64,000 nucleotides of DNA from Candidatus Altiarchaeota archaeon (GTDB lineage Archaea > Altiarchaeota > Altiarchaeia > IMC4 > SCGC-AAA252-I15), in NCBI GenBank assembly GCA_043800255.1, contig JAZDNF010000009.1, positions 60,813 to 124,812 of the forward strand, read 5' to 3'. Shown piece after piece: positions 27,758 to 37,146 of the stretch (positions are counted from its first letter, which is position 1; the number at the start of each line of letters is the position of its first letter). Below the pieces are notes generated by a model that saw only the letters and a program-made list of their open reading frames with translations, had not been told where the DNA came from and searched no databases. The translations under genes were made by a program, and so were the position numbers.

Positions 27758-29947
27758 TCATGAGCAGGACACGCTGAAGTCATCCACGTAGAGCCCCTGG
27801 AAGGTTATCCAACCGTCTGATTCAAGTCTGAACCTGATTCTCACGATGCTGCCGGCGTAATCTGTAAGGCTTATGCTATTCTGAGTCCAGCTGCTCTGCC
27901 AGCCTGAAATGGTCATCAAATTCTCCCAAGGACCGTTATCCGCTGAGATTTCAACGTATGCGCTGTCTCCGAACCATTCCAGCCGGTGCTTCTCCCAGAG
28001 CGTCAGGGAAGGTGCTGATGCAGTTGTCAGGTCAATCATCGGAGACATAAGCCACTCGTTCGCATTATTGTTATAGTATGAACTAAGGTCAGTCCCCCAG
28101 CAGTTGCCAGCCGAATGGCAGCTTCCCCAGTCGGGGTCGCCAAGTTCCCACTCGTTTTGTGAGCCGCCGTTAGTCCAGCCATCCTCGCCAGCCTCCATAT
28201 CGTCCGAGAAGCCTGTGCACGGCTGTAGCGACGTCGTGGTTGACGAGGTCGTCGTAGACGATGACGTGGACGTCGTAGAAGTCGACGTTATCGATGTCGT
28301 AGAAGTCGTCGAACCTACGATGGTAGTGGACGTGCTCGTTGACGATGTCGTGGTCTCTACTGTGGTTGTAGTCGTTGACGTGGTTGTCACATTCGATTGC
28401 ATGCATGTGGATGCGTTCACGCATTCCGTGTCTATGGAATACGTGTAGGCATGGAAGCAATCCATCATCAGATCGTATGCGCCATCCGCACAAGAGCCCA
28501 CAGCCTTGCAGCCGTCGACGTCCTGCCAGTAGAGGTAGTCGACCCACGTCCTGTTGTCGTCAACGACGATGCCGAAGCTGTCGAGTATGTACGGGTCAAC
28601 GAGGGTTTCCAACCCGATTGCGGTCGTGTTATAGTAAAGCCTTGACTGGTTGACGTATTTTTCAGACAGGTTATAGTTTCCGTCCAGCCTGTCGAAGAAG
28701 CTAGGTCCGTTGACAGCGTACTCCAAACATCCGACTCCCAATGAGGTCACATTGCTCACGGAATAGCATGATGTAGTAATGTTAGCTGTCGACATTCCCA
28801 TGAGAACGTCGTGTTGACTGCATGAATCATCGTTTTTTATCATCACGCACGCATCAGTCCCTATGAGTGACTCATTGCAGCCGTCAGGCCTCTCGCAGCC
28901 GCCTCCGGGACCGAAGCCGGTTTCGTTGTCGAGTTTGCACGTGTGCGTGATCCAGGGTATCGTGAGTTCGCATTTCTCCCACGACTCCGGGTTAGTCGGC
29001 CCATAGTTGATGACTCCGGAAAAATGGTAGGGGCAGCTAGCGTTGAAACAGCACTGCTCGAAGCTGTTGCAGTTCCCGAAGGCCGTGTCAGTCACGAGAA
29101 TCTTGTCATTGACGTATTCCCCAAAGGTGCTGCAGTAGGTCTGCCTCTCCGCAGGAGTTGTGCTGTCCTTGAGGTTAGACCAGAATAGGACCCTCCCCGA
29201 TGCTATCCCCTCGCCTCCGTACGTAAGGCTGCAACCTGCGACTGTCTCCAGGTCAAGGTCGGTTGTACAGTTGGTTATGAACTTTATCAGGCGGCCGTCA
29301 GAGTTCAGCGGATACAGAACGTCTTCTAGGCCGAGTATCGAACTGAACGATTCGATACTGACCATGTCACCCCTGTAATAGCATAGGCCTGAATCGTCTG
29401 AAACGTCTATGATAGTATCGACTATGACCGCAAAATTCCACGCATCGTTCTGGACGACGGTTATGTTAGCCAGCGTTATGTTGACCTCGAAGTTCATGTT
29501 ACTGCCTGCAACGTTTATCCTGGAAACCCACTCCGAGAGGGTGTGATTCAACATATATGTCACATTCTCACCGTGAAATGTCCCGCAGAGCGCTAATTCG
29601 GCGATAGCCGCCTCCGAGCCGTTCATGCTAAAATCGAATGCATTGCAGTCGACGCCGCACATTTCAGTGCAGTTGAAGCTGTAGTCCCCCAAGGCGGTCC
29701 CTGAGGTTATGACCTGGTCTATGGAGTATATCGCGGCCCGCCTGCCGAAGATTACAATCCCGCGCCGCATGTCCTCCTTCAGGTCGTTGATGAGATAGTG
29801 CAGCTCATCGCAGCGTATCTTGCCGACGGTGTCCTCGGATTTCGTATGGGACATGCTGATGTAGTATGAGACGAGGAATATGAGGGGGAGTATCAGCAGG
29901 ATGACACCGATTGTGAACAGGTACCCTCTTCTATTTTTGACATTCAT
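27758..29947 (-). CDS. Large pilin-like (class III signal peptide) adhesin: Cys-rich body, Thr/Ser stalk, C-terminal beta-sandwich (immune inhibitor A/MAM-like)
   Basis: KNRRG|YLFTIGVILLI; many Cys; FSDDMEAG...W...SPMIDL...FRLESD...GLYVDD. Confidence 0.75.
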   Translation of the reverse strand: MNVKNRRGYLFTIGVILLILPLIFLVSYYISMSHTKSEDTVGKIRCDELHYLINDLKEDMRRGIVIFGRRAAIYSIDQVITSGTALGDYSFNCTEMCGVDCNAFDFSMNGSEAAIAELALCGTFHGENVTYMLNHTLSEWVSRINVAGSNMNFEVNITLANITVVQNDAWNFAVIVDTIIDVSDDSGLCYYRGDMVSIESFSSILGLEDVLYPLNSDGRLIKFITNCTTDLDLETVAGCSLTYGGEGIASGRVLFWSNLKDSTTPAERQTYCSTFGEYVNDKILVTDTAFGNCNSFEQCCFNASCPYHFSGVINYGPTNPESWEKCELTIPWITHTCKLDNETGFGPGGGCERPDGCNESLIGTDACVMIKNDDSCSQHDVLMGMSTANITTSCYSVSNVTSLGVGCLEYAVNGPSFFDRLDGNYNLSEKYVNQSRLYYNTTAIGLETLVDPYILDSFGIVVDDNRTWVDYLYWQDVDGCKAVGSCADGAYDLMMDCFHAYTYSIDTECVNASTCMQSNVTTTSTTTTTVETTTSSTSTSTTIVGSTTSTTSITSTSTTSTSSSTTTSSTTTSLQPCTGFSDDMEAGEDGWTNGGSQNEWELGDPDWGSCHSAGNCWGTDLSSYYNNNANEWLMSPMIDLTTASAPSLTLWEKHRLEWFGDSAYVEISADNGPWENLMTISGWQSSWTQNSISLTDYAGSIVRIRFRLESDGWITFQGLYVDDFSVSCS
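28230..28390 (-). repeat. Low-complexity Thr/Ser-rich coding tract (mucin-like linker)
   Basis: TTTSTTTTTVETTTSSTSTSTT...; GTC/GTG-rich on the + strand. Confidence 0.9.
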
Positions 29948-29948
29948 T

Positions 29949-32591
29949 TTATATCCACACCACCAGGTTGAACTCGACAGGGCCCCACAGGGACTGAACC
30001 CCGCCTGCGCTGCCATATTCGAAATTCACCATCTCAGTGTCGAATAGGAAGTCGACTCGCCCATCGTCGTCCAAATCCAGATGGTCTAAAAGCCTGTGCA
30101 TCGAATCCGAAATCGCGTCGTCCTCGGTATAGTATCTTGACATGTTGGTATAATAGCACGTCTCATTGGAGACGTATCCTTCAACAGTCACGGGTTTTGT
30201 GATGTTACTCATGTCCTCGAATTCTATGGTCCAGTTGCACCCCATATTGTTCAAAAAGACGTTGCCGTATCCTATCAGGCTCTGTATTCTCAGCGTGTAT
30301 ATCCCCCGGTTGTCTGGAGAGCATGACGTCCTCTCAGTCTGGGAGTCGCCAGTTTCCAAAAAGACGGTGTTGTTCGCGCCTGAGCTGAGAAGACTGGCCG
30401 GTATTTGAACGACGTATGGGTCCCCCATCAACAGATAGTCCGGTCCGTAATCCCAGAGCCTGTAGACGGTCGAACCTTCGAATACCGAGTAGTCGGTCCA
30501 GTGCTCGCTTGAATATGATGTGACTTTGGCATCGGATACCCTGGCCTCCGGAGGAATCCATAATATTCCCTCGCAGCCTTCCGTGTCGTTGAACGCGTCA
30601 GTCCACAGCGTGAGGGATATTTCGCCGTAGCCCGACAGGTTAATGGAAGTAAAGTTGTATTCGATGTACGATGTCGGGTAAAGGTTCGACTCGACCAAGC
30701 TGCCGCTCACATTTACCAGCTGGGCTTTCAGGCTGACGTTTATTATCTCCTCGGCGAAGCTCTCGTATATCTGTTCAAGTGCCAGAGTATCATTGCTTGC
30801 TGTGTAGTTTCCGTTCCCGCATTCTGAGATGTTCCTGAGAGAATCCACGGCATATTGGCAGTTTATCGCCCCTGAGCCGAAGCCGATGGTGTGGACGACT
30901 GCGCCCTGCTCGCTGTTCGCCCTGCACGAGTCGTTAACCGCATTCTCGCTCGCGGTGTCATCAAGGTAGTCATCGCAGGTCCCGCTCCAGTAGAGGCCGT
31001 TTCCGCAGTAGGGGGAATTGCAGTTCCCCGTGTCCGTGCAGCAGCTGACGCGGTCCAGCTGGGCCTCATCGCACCTCAGGTTGGCGATTCCGTCGGTCAT
31101 CACTATGACGAACTTGTTTCTCGTCGGGTCGCTCTGGTTTTCCAGCATCAGCTTGGCCTCCCTTATCGCACAGCAGAGGCATGTCCCGCCGCTCGGAGCA
31201 GGGAAGCCGTCTATCGTGCTGTTCAGGCTGCTTTCGTTGTCGCTGAGGTCGTGCCGGTTTGTCGCGAGGTTGCTGTATGAGACGAGCCCAATCCTGTTGC
31301 CTGATGAGTTCAGGACGATGCTCACGAACTTCTTGTCAAGCTCCAGCGCGAGGTCCCACCTGCAGTCAGAGTCGGGGCAGCCTGTGGAGCAGTCGTCATT
31401 GCTGTTCACGCAGCGGTCCATGCTCCCGGACCTGTCGGTTATCAGGATGACGTCAGCGTTTCCGACGTACTGTATTCCGGACACGTTTCCAGTGCCGAAG
31501 CGCACGGGGATAGTCCTCTCGCTTAGGCTGTCATAGTTCAGGATGGAACTGAGGTTCGAATCGGACACGTCAATTGTCTGGTTGGAGTCGCTGCCCGAGC
31601 TGTTGAATATCAGCGTCGAGCCGATGGTCATGAAAGTAGAATAATTGCTTTGGAACTCCATGTGGACTGCCATCGAGGTGAGGTCGCCGGGGACATAGAA
31701 TGACGCGTAATGGTTTATGAGGCCATCAATCCCCGAGAACCAGTACCTCTCGGTCTTTACTATTGGATCCGTATCCATCTCGGACGTGTTGAATGTCACC
31801 CTCATGTATCCGCCGCCGATGTACTGCAGATTAAGGTCCACGCCCGTGAAGACCAGCTTTATCTTATTGTCGGAGCCTGGCACGAAGTAGGATAGCGCCT
31901 CGGAGCTAACGCATCCGTCAGAGCCTTTGACCGATGCCAGCATGCTTCCAGCGGAGGGCGTGAACGATTCTGCGAAATTGTCGTTTATGTAGAGGTCAAA
32001 ATCGCCCGGAGTGTTGAGTTCGAGGCATGCCTGTTTTACTGTTGCATCAGAGGGTATGTCCCTCAAGAAGGCGGTTATGTTCCCCTGGCCCACGAACCCG
32101 CCGAAAAACACGTATTCTGAAGTTGATTTCTCCTTTATGTTTGTCAGGAAGGCCCTGGCAACGTGCCCCCTGATGGGCAGGCCGGCACCGTAGCCGACTA
32201 GGAGCCGGCTGGAATGGGTCTTCGCAACGGCGTCTTCCTCCGGAATGCGGGTAGCGTTTTCGAGTATCGTATGATTGACGAAATTCTCGATGACCTCGAC
32301 GCGGTATCCGACGGAGGGAGGTATCATGATTTCAAGATAATCTCTTATCGCATCTGCAGCCTCAGTGCCAGTAGACTCGTTAGCCCACAATTCTCCGACG
32401 ATGTCCAGCACGCCCTGGCGATTCAGCGTGTCAAGCACGTCCTCTGAGAGGTAGTGGAGGTTCTTGTAGGCGAAGTTCGACGTCTGAGTCATCTTGAACG
32501 TGTAGTTCCCGTAGAATGCTGTGGCAACCAGGATGACGAAAGTCAGAGCGACCATAGCATCGAGTATGACCGCCACACCCTTGCCCTTCAT
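29949..32591 (-). CDS. Pilin-like protein with a vWA domain
   Basis: MKGKG|VAVILDAMVAL; MIDAS DRSGSM, VSYS, GGTCL, VMTDG, VHTIGFG. Confidence 0.85.
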   Translation of the reverse strand: MKGKGVAVILDAMVALTFVILVATAFYGNYTFKMTQTSNFAYKNLHYLSEDVLDTLNRQGVLDIVGELWANESTGTEAADAIRDYLEIMIPPSVGYRVEVIENFVNHTILENATRIPEEDAVAKTHSSRLLVGYGAGLPIRGHVARAFLTNIKEKSTSEYVFFGGFVGQGNITAFLRDIPSDATVKQACLELNTPGDFDLYINDNFAESFTPSAGSMLASVKGSDGCVSSEALSYFVPGSDNKIKLVFTGVDLNLQYIGGGYMRVTFNTSEMDTDPIVKTERYWFSGIDGLINHYASFYVPGDLTSMAVHMEFQSNYSTFMTIGSTLIFNSSGSDSNQTIDVSDSNLSSILNYDSLSERTIPVRFGTGNVSGIQYVGNADVILITDRSGSMDRCVNSNDDCSTGCPDSDCRWDLALELDKKFVSIVLNSSGNRIGLVSYSNLATNRHDLSDNESSLNSTIDGFPAPSGGTCLCCAIREAKLMLENQSDPTRNKFVIVMTDGIANLRCDEAQLDRVSCCTDTGNCNSPYCGNGLYWSGTCDDYLDDTASENAVNDSCRANSEQGAVVHTIGFGSGAINCQYAVDSLRNISECGNGNYTASNDTLALEQIYESFAEEIINVSLKAQLVNVSGSLVESNLYPTSYIEYNFTSINLSGYGEISLTLWTDAFNDTEGCEGILWIPPEARVSDAKVTSYSSEHWTDYSVFEGSTVYRLWDYGPDYLLMGDPYVVQIPASLLSSGANNTVFLETGDSQTERTSCSPDNRGIYTLRIQSLIGYGNVFLNNMGCNWTIEFEDMSNITKPVTVEGYVSNETCYYTNMSRYYTEDDAISDSMHRLLDHLDLDDDGRVDFLFDTEMVNFEYGSAGGVQSLWGPVEFNLVVWI

Positions 32592-33139
32592 GTCGGGCCT
32601 CCGTACCATAGTGTCAGAACTATCCTGACTATCTGGCTCTCGTATAATGCGCTTCTCTGGACGGTTATTATGTTAGTCTCGTTCACAGCTTCCATCCCGG
32701 TTATGGCATCCCTGCCGTATACCTGGAAAACGGTCCCGTTAAGGTATGTCATTTGGAAATGGAAATCGTACTTGCCGACTCCTAGAAGATACTTCGAGCA
32801 GTAGTAGTTGCTGATGTTGCCTGCGCATGAGTTATCATACTTTGACTGGTCCATCATGTCAATGAACCGGAGTATCTTGTCACCGACAAGGTTTCTGCTC
32901 TCATTGGACAGCCCGACTGAGATAGCATTCGCTGCAGTCCAGTTCTCAGGGTTCCCCGGCGTCCTGAGAAGCTGCTCTCCGATGTTGACAGCCGTCTCCT
33001 GCATGTCAACAAAGTCATTTGACTTTCGGATTTCCCTGAGAGTGTAAGACCACATGAAAAAGATGATTGTCAGTATCATCATGAAGATGAAGAATGCGAA
33101 GAAAAACTCGCCGCCGAAAAGTTGACTTCTCGTTTTCAT
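32588..33139 (-). CDS. Minor pilin-like protein
   Basis: MKTRS|QLFGGEFFFAFFIF; LLRTPGNPENW; ATGA coupling to the next gene. Confidence 0.75.
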   Translation of the reverse strand: MKTRSQLFGGEFFFAFFIFMMILTIIFFMWSYTLREIRKSNDFVDMQETAVNIGEQLLRTPGNPENWTAANAISVGLSNESRNLVGDKILRFIDMMDQSKYDNSCAGNISNYYCSKYLLGVGKYDFHFQMTYLNGTVFQVYGRDAITGMEAVNETNIITVQRSALYESQIVRIVLTLWYGGPT

Positions 33140-33142
33140 CGT

Positions 33143-34186
33143 CTAGTCACATCGGAACCTGAAATTCAGATACTTTATCACGTTTTCGAACATGTCCCGG
33201 TTCGCAGGATCATATGAGGGGTCGCTTCCAGTATCCACGCTGCTTATTAGATAGGTGCCTTTGCCGTAATCCAGCTGTAGGAGATGAGCGTATTCCGTCG
33301 TGTCCTGAACATAAGCCAGGACGTCATACTCGGGAGGGAGATACATGAACGGTTCGCCCATCCTCAGATCGTCTGGATCGATTACGTTAGGATGCGAGAA
33401 CAGAGGCGTCTGTATTGCGACGTCGGTGTCATTGTCCTCGAAGGCTGCTAGGCCAAGGTAGTGGGGAAGCCACTGCCATGAGTTGTTCCAGTTTTCATAG
33501 TCCTGCGAGCTTGACCAGAGTTTCCCGCCTGCAAGGACAAAGTTCTTTATCGAGTCTTCCGCGGCGGAGGAGAGGTTACCGCCTGATGAAGCGTTGATGC
33601 TGTTCTGGGCCAGCCACAGGATATCGAAGCAACCGAGTCTGTTATAGTCTTCCAGGTAGGAGACGTTATCTGTGAAGGTGACGTTGATGTTACATGACTG
33701 GGAGATTCCGTCAAGCAGCAGCGGATCCATTCCATCCTCGTAGGGGCTGTAGAGGAGGACGTTGATATTGCCGCAGTTGGAGCGTATGCAAACTCTCCCG
33801 TCCTTGTTCATCACGCAGTTCCTCTCCGTTTCGCCCATTTTCAGGTCCAGGATGCTGACGTTCGAGACTATGACAGGCGTCGAAAGAACGTAGTTCTCCC
33901 AGGTTATCTCTACGATATTCTCGTACGCGCTTATATTATAGTCCCTGTAGCCGAAGATCCTCTCAGGGATCGAGAAGTACAGGTAGAAGCCGGAACCCTG
34001 CTCGCTTATGGTGTTGATATTGTCGGCGACGCTGGTCATAATCCGTCTCGCATCCAAGAACATCTTCACCTCATCGCTCTCCCTGCTCTTCTCAATGGAA
34101 GTCAGAACAACGACCACGAAGATGAGCATTATAATCCCGATAGTGAGGATAAGCTCCATGCTGGCCTGGGAGAGGTTGCTTTTCAT
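33143..34186 (-). CDS. Pilin-like protein with a C-terminal glutamine-amidotransferase-like fold
   Basis: MKSNLS|QASMELILTIGII; GGAGGT RBS upstream of 34186; FDILW...IKNFVLAGG...YGKGTYLI. Confidence 0.7.
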   Translation of the reverse strand: MKSNLSQASMELILTIGIIMLIFVVVVLTSIEKSRESDEVKMFLDARRIMTSVADNINTISEQGSGFYLYFSIPERIFGYRDYNISAYENIVEITWENYVLSTPVIVSNVSILDLKMGETERNCVMNKDGRVCIRSNCGNINVLLYSPYEDGMDPLLLDGISQSCNINVTFTDNVSYLEDYNRLGCFDILWLAQNSINASSGGNLSSAAEDSIKNFVLAGGKLWSSSQDYENWNNSWQWLPHYLGLAAFEDNDTDVAIQTPLFSHPNVIDPDDLRMGEPFMYLPPEYDVLAYVQDTTEYAHLLQLDYGKGTYLISSVDTGSDPSYDPANRDMFENVIKYLNFRFRCD

Positions 34187-34220
34187 GTGTTTTATACCTC
34201 CAATTGGATTTATTAGTAAT

Positions 34221-37133
34221 ATGAGGACAACCAAAAAAAACACCGTTTTCGTGGGCCTGTTTGTTGTTCTCATATGCCTGCAAAACGCTGCAGGCAGCCA
34301 GGACTGGCCGACATTCAAGCACGACCTGACCAGAACAGGATATAACGACTATTACTCTAACTTCTCCCTGAACGATTTAGACCTTATCTGGAGCTTCAAG
34401 ACAGGGGACATGGTAAGGTCCTCGCCTGTTGCAGCCGACTTCAACGGCGACGGGACGCTTGAGATAATAGTGTGCTCCTTCGACGGGAAATTGTACGGTT
34501 TAGACCATCAGGGGAACCTCCTGAAGACTTTTGACACTGGGAGCAGCATAAGGTCGACCCCAACCATAGACGACATAGACGGGGACGGCTGCAAGGAGAT
34601 AGCATTCGGAGCAGACAACGGAATATTCTATCTCCTTAACTGCACCGGAGACCTCCTATGGAACTTTCCAACGGCAGGGCCGATAGAATCATCGCCGCTG
34701 ATGTATAATTTCGACCAGACGAGCCAGAAGGAGATGATATTCGGGTCAGGTGACGGCAACCTGTACGCCCTCAACCATGAGGGGAAGTTAAAATGGAAGT
34801 ACCGCACGCAGGATATGATAAAGTCTTCCGTGGCTTTGGGCGACGCGACGGGGGACGGGGAAAGGAAACTCGTATTCGGGTCAGGTGACGGCATACTCTA
34901 CATCGTCTCTTACCCTCCTTACAAGATATGGCAGTTCCAGACGTCTGGTGCCGTGCAATCGACGCCGACCATATCAGACTACGATATCGACGGGAGAGTT
35001 GAGGTCATCCTGACGTCGACAGACTGGAAGGCGCAGGCAATCTACTATCACACTTACGCCGGAATCGGGGAGACGGGCCCAAGAGTCCTGAGAAAAGTCG
35101 GCAACAAGACGACGGTAACGCGGGAGGAGTATGTCTACTCAAAGTTCTCTTCCGAGTGGAATTACACGACAGGCAGCCACATAATCTCCTCCCCAGCTGT
35201 CGCCGACCTGGATGACGACGGCTACTACGAGATAATATTCGGATCAAACGACAACGTCTTATACGTCATCAACGCCTCGGGCTGGAAGGTCATGAGGTAC
35301 ACGACCAACGACCCCATCGAATCTACTCCCGCGATTGCAGACCTCAACGGCGACGGGACGCTTGAGATAATAGTGGGGTCGAACGACAGGAGACTGTATG
35401 TGCTGAACTATCCGATAGGCGGCAGATGGCTTTACACAACCAACGGTTCTGTCAGGTCATCCCCAGCCGTCGCTGACATCAACGGCGACGGATCGCTTGA
35501 GATAATAGTTGGATCAGACGACGGCAGCGTTTACGTTTTCGGGAGCAGGATGCTGTTCAGGCAGAGCAATGCGACCGCCTACTATCTTCTGGCTGAGGCA
35601 GCCTATAAGCAGAAGAAGACGGAGAACGTCAGAGAGTACCTGAACAGATCATTGGCAGCATATGATGACATAAAGGACCGGGCAGGGATATCGAAGATTA
35701 ACGCCTTCTACAAGAGGCTGGAAGCGGACGAGTATGCGAACATAGCGCTGGATTTCTACAACAGAAGCGATGTCGAAAACGCGACAGAGTACATAGAGAA
35801 GGCTGCGATAATCTACTCGTCCATAAACTATCAGGATGGGATCAACAAGGTCAAGACGCTCCTGCAGAGGTCATACGCAGACGCCGTCTACCTTGATGCC
35901 GATTACTATTACAGTATAGGCGACTTCGACAACTCCACATCCTATGCCCAGAGATCAGAGAACATATCGAAGGAGGTGCAATACACTGAGGGAGTCAACC
36001 GGGCGTTCAGGCTTGTCAACAGAACACAGAAGCACATGGAAGCTGACGGAATCTACTCGAACGCGATAAGAAGATACTATGAGAGGGGTTACAACGAGTC
36101 AATAACAAAAGATTTGGAATACGCGAGGTCGATCTATGTCGAGATAGACTTCGAGCTGGGTTTGAACGCGACAGACCGCCTCATAAAAAGGATGGACGCT
36201 GACAGGTATTACGATGCCAGCGTCCAACAGTACGCTGAGAAGGAGTATGTCGACGCGAAGGACCTGTCAGAGAGCTCAGTCCTGTTGTACGAGGAGATAA
36301 ACTACTCCAATGGCATTGAGAGGTCAAGACAGCTGCTTAATACAACCGAAAGCCACCTGCAGGCTGAGAACTATTATAACGATGCTGAGAGCCTCTACAA
36401 GGCGACGGACTTCATAAGCGCGCTGGAGGACGCCGAGAAGGCGAGGCTGCTTTACTTCCATGTCAAAGATGAGGAGGGGATACTGAAATCGCAACTCCTG
36501 ATACAAAGGTCTGAGGAGAGGATAAACGAAGAGGAGTCCAGGACGCCGAACATGGCCGAGATTGCCGTGATAGTGGTTGCTCTGGCATTCGCAGCCCTGC
36601 GGGTTAGGAAGTATAGGGCAGTGCACAGGAAACTTAAGAAAGATGATACAAGGCCTAAGGATGCGATAAGCGGAGAGACGCTGGGACGCAAAATCGTCGA
36701 GTCGCTCGACAAAAAGCCTTCTGAGACTGCCGATGCGCAGGAGCCTCAAATGGAGGCCGACCAGAAGGCACGTGAGGCCATTAAGCCACCGCCATCCGGG
36801 AGAAGGCTCCCCGTTTGGGTCGCCTCATTCTGGACGGAATTGAAGCTGGGTTTCCCAAGGTTAAGGTCTAACCCGCCGAAATTTGGCAGACCAGGCATGC
36901 CAGCCTGGATTGACAGGTTCAAGTATGAAGTGCTGGGCGGTTTCCCAGAATTAAAGCGCAATCCGCCGAAGATTTCAGCCCCTGAGATACCGCCGTGGAC
37001 TAAGAATTTCTACAAGCTGGCGAAGAAGAAGCTCGCTGGCAGGAGAAAGAGGACCCGCCTTGAGGGGAAGCCATTAGATGAGACGATAGATGAGATCCTT
37101 TCAAAGCACGAGAAAGGGCTTAGGGAACTGTAA
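34221..37133 (+). CDS. Secreted FG-GAP/PQQ-like beta-propeller, helical TPR-like stalk, single TM and cytoplasmic tail
   Basis: Signal peptide then DWPTFKHD; repeated SSPAVADxDGDG.LEIIVGS; TM AEIAVIVVALAFAAL followed by RVRKYR. Confidence 0.85.
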   Translation: MRTTKKNTVFVGLFVVLICLQNAAGSQDWPTFKHDLTRTGYNDYYSNFSLNDLDLIWSFKTGDMVRSSPVAADFNGDGTLEIIVCSFDGKLYGLDHQGNLLKTFDTGSSIRSTPTIDDIDGDGCKEIAFGADNGIFYLLNCTGDLLWNFPTAGPIESSPLMYNFDQTSQKEMIFGSGDGNLYALNHEGKLKWKYRTQDMIKSSVALGDATGDGERKLVFGSGDGILYIVSYPPYKIWQFQTSGAVQSTPTISDYDIDGRVEVILTSTDWKAQAIYYHTYAGIGETGPRVLRKVGNKTTVTREEYVYSKFSSEWNYTTGSHIISSPAVADLDDDGYYEIIFGSNDNVLYVINASGWKVMRYTTNDPIESTPAIADLNGDGTLEIIVGSNDRRLYVLNYPIGGRWLYTTNGSVRSSPAVADINGDGSLEIIVGSDDGSVYVFGSRMLFRQSNATAYYLLAEAAYKQKKTENVREYLNRSLAAYDDIKDRAGISKINAFYKRLEADEYANIALDFYNRSDVENATEYIEKAAIIYSSINYQDGINKVKTLLQRSYADAVYLDADYYYSIGDFDNSTSYAQRSENISKEVQYTEGVNRAFRLVNRTQKHMEADGIYSNAIRRYYERGYNESITKDLEYARSIYVEIDFELGLNATDRLIKRMDADRYYDASVQQYAEKEYVDAKDLSESSVLLYEEINYSNGIERSRQLLNTTESHLQAENYYNDAESLYKATDFISALEDAEKARLLYFHVKDEEGILKSQLLIQRSEERINEEESRTPNMAEIAVIVVALAFAALRVRKYRAVHRKLKKDDTRPKDAISGETLGRKIVESLDKKPSETADAQEPQMEADQKAREAIKPPPSGRRLPVWVASFWTELKLGFPRLRSNPPKFGRPGMPAWIDRFKYEVLGGFPELKRNPPKISAPEIPPWTKNFYKLAKKKLAGRRKRTRLEGKPLDETIDEILSKHEKGLREL
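36810..37019 (+). repeat. About 2.3 copies of a 30-aa repeat in the cytoplasmic tail
   Basis: PVWVASFWTELKLGFPRLRSNPPKFGRPGM / PAWIDRFKYEVLGGFPELKRNPPKISAPEI / PPWTKNFYKL. Confidence 0.85.
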
Positions 37134-37146
37134 TCTGATTCATTAG

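Noticed and set aside
28230-28390. Periodic GTCGT(A/G)G repeats resembling a repeat array
   Set aside because: Explained by the Thr/Ser codons of the stalk; there is no constant repeat with unique spacers, so it is not CRISPR
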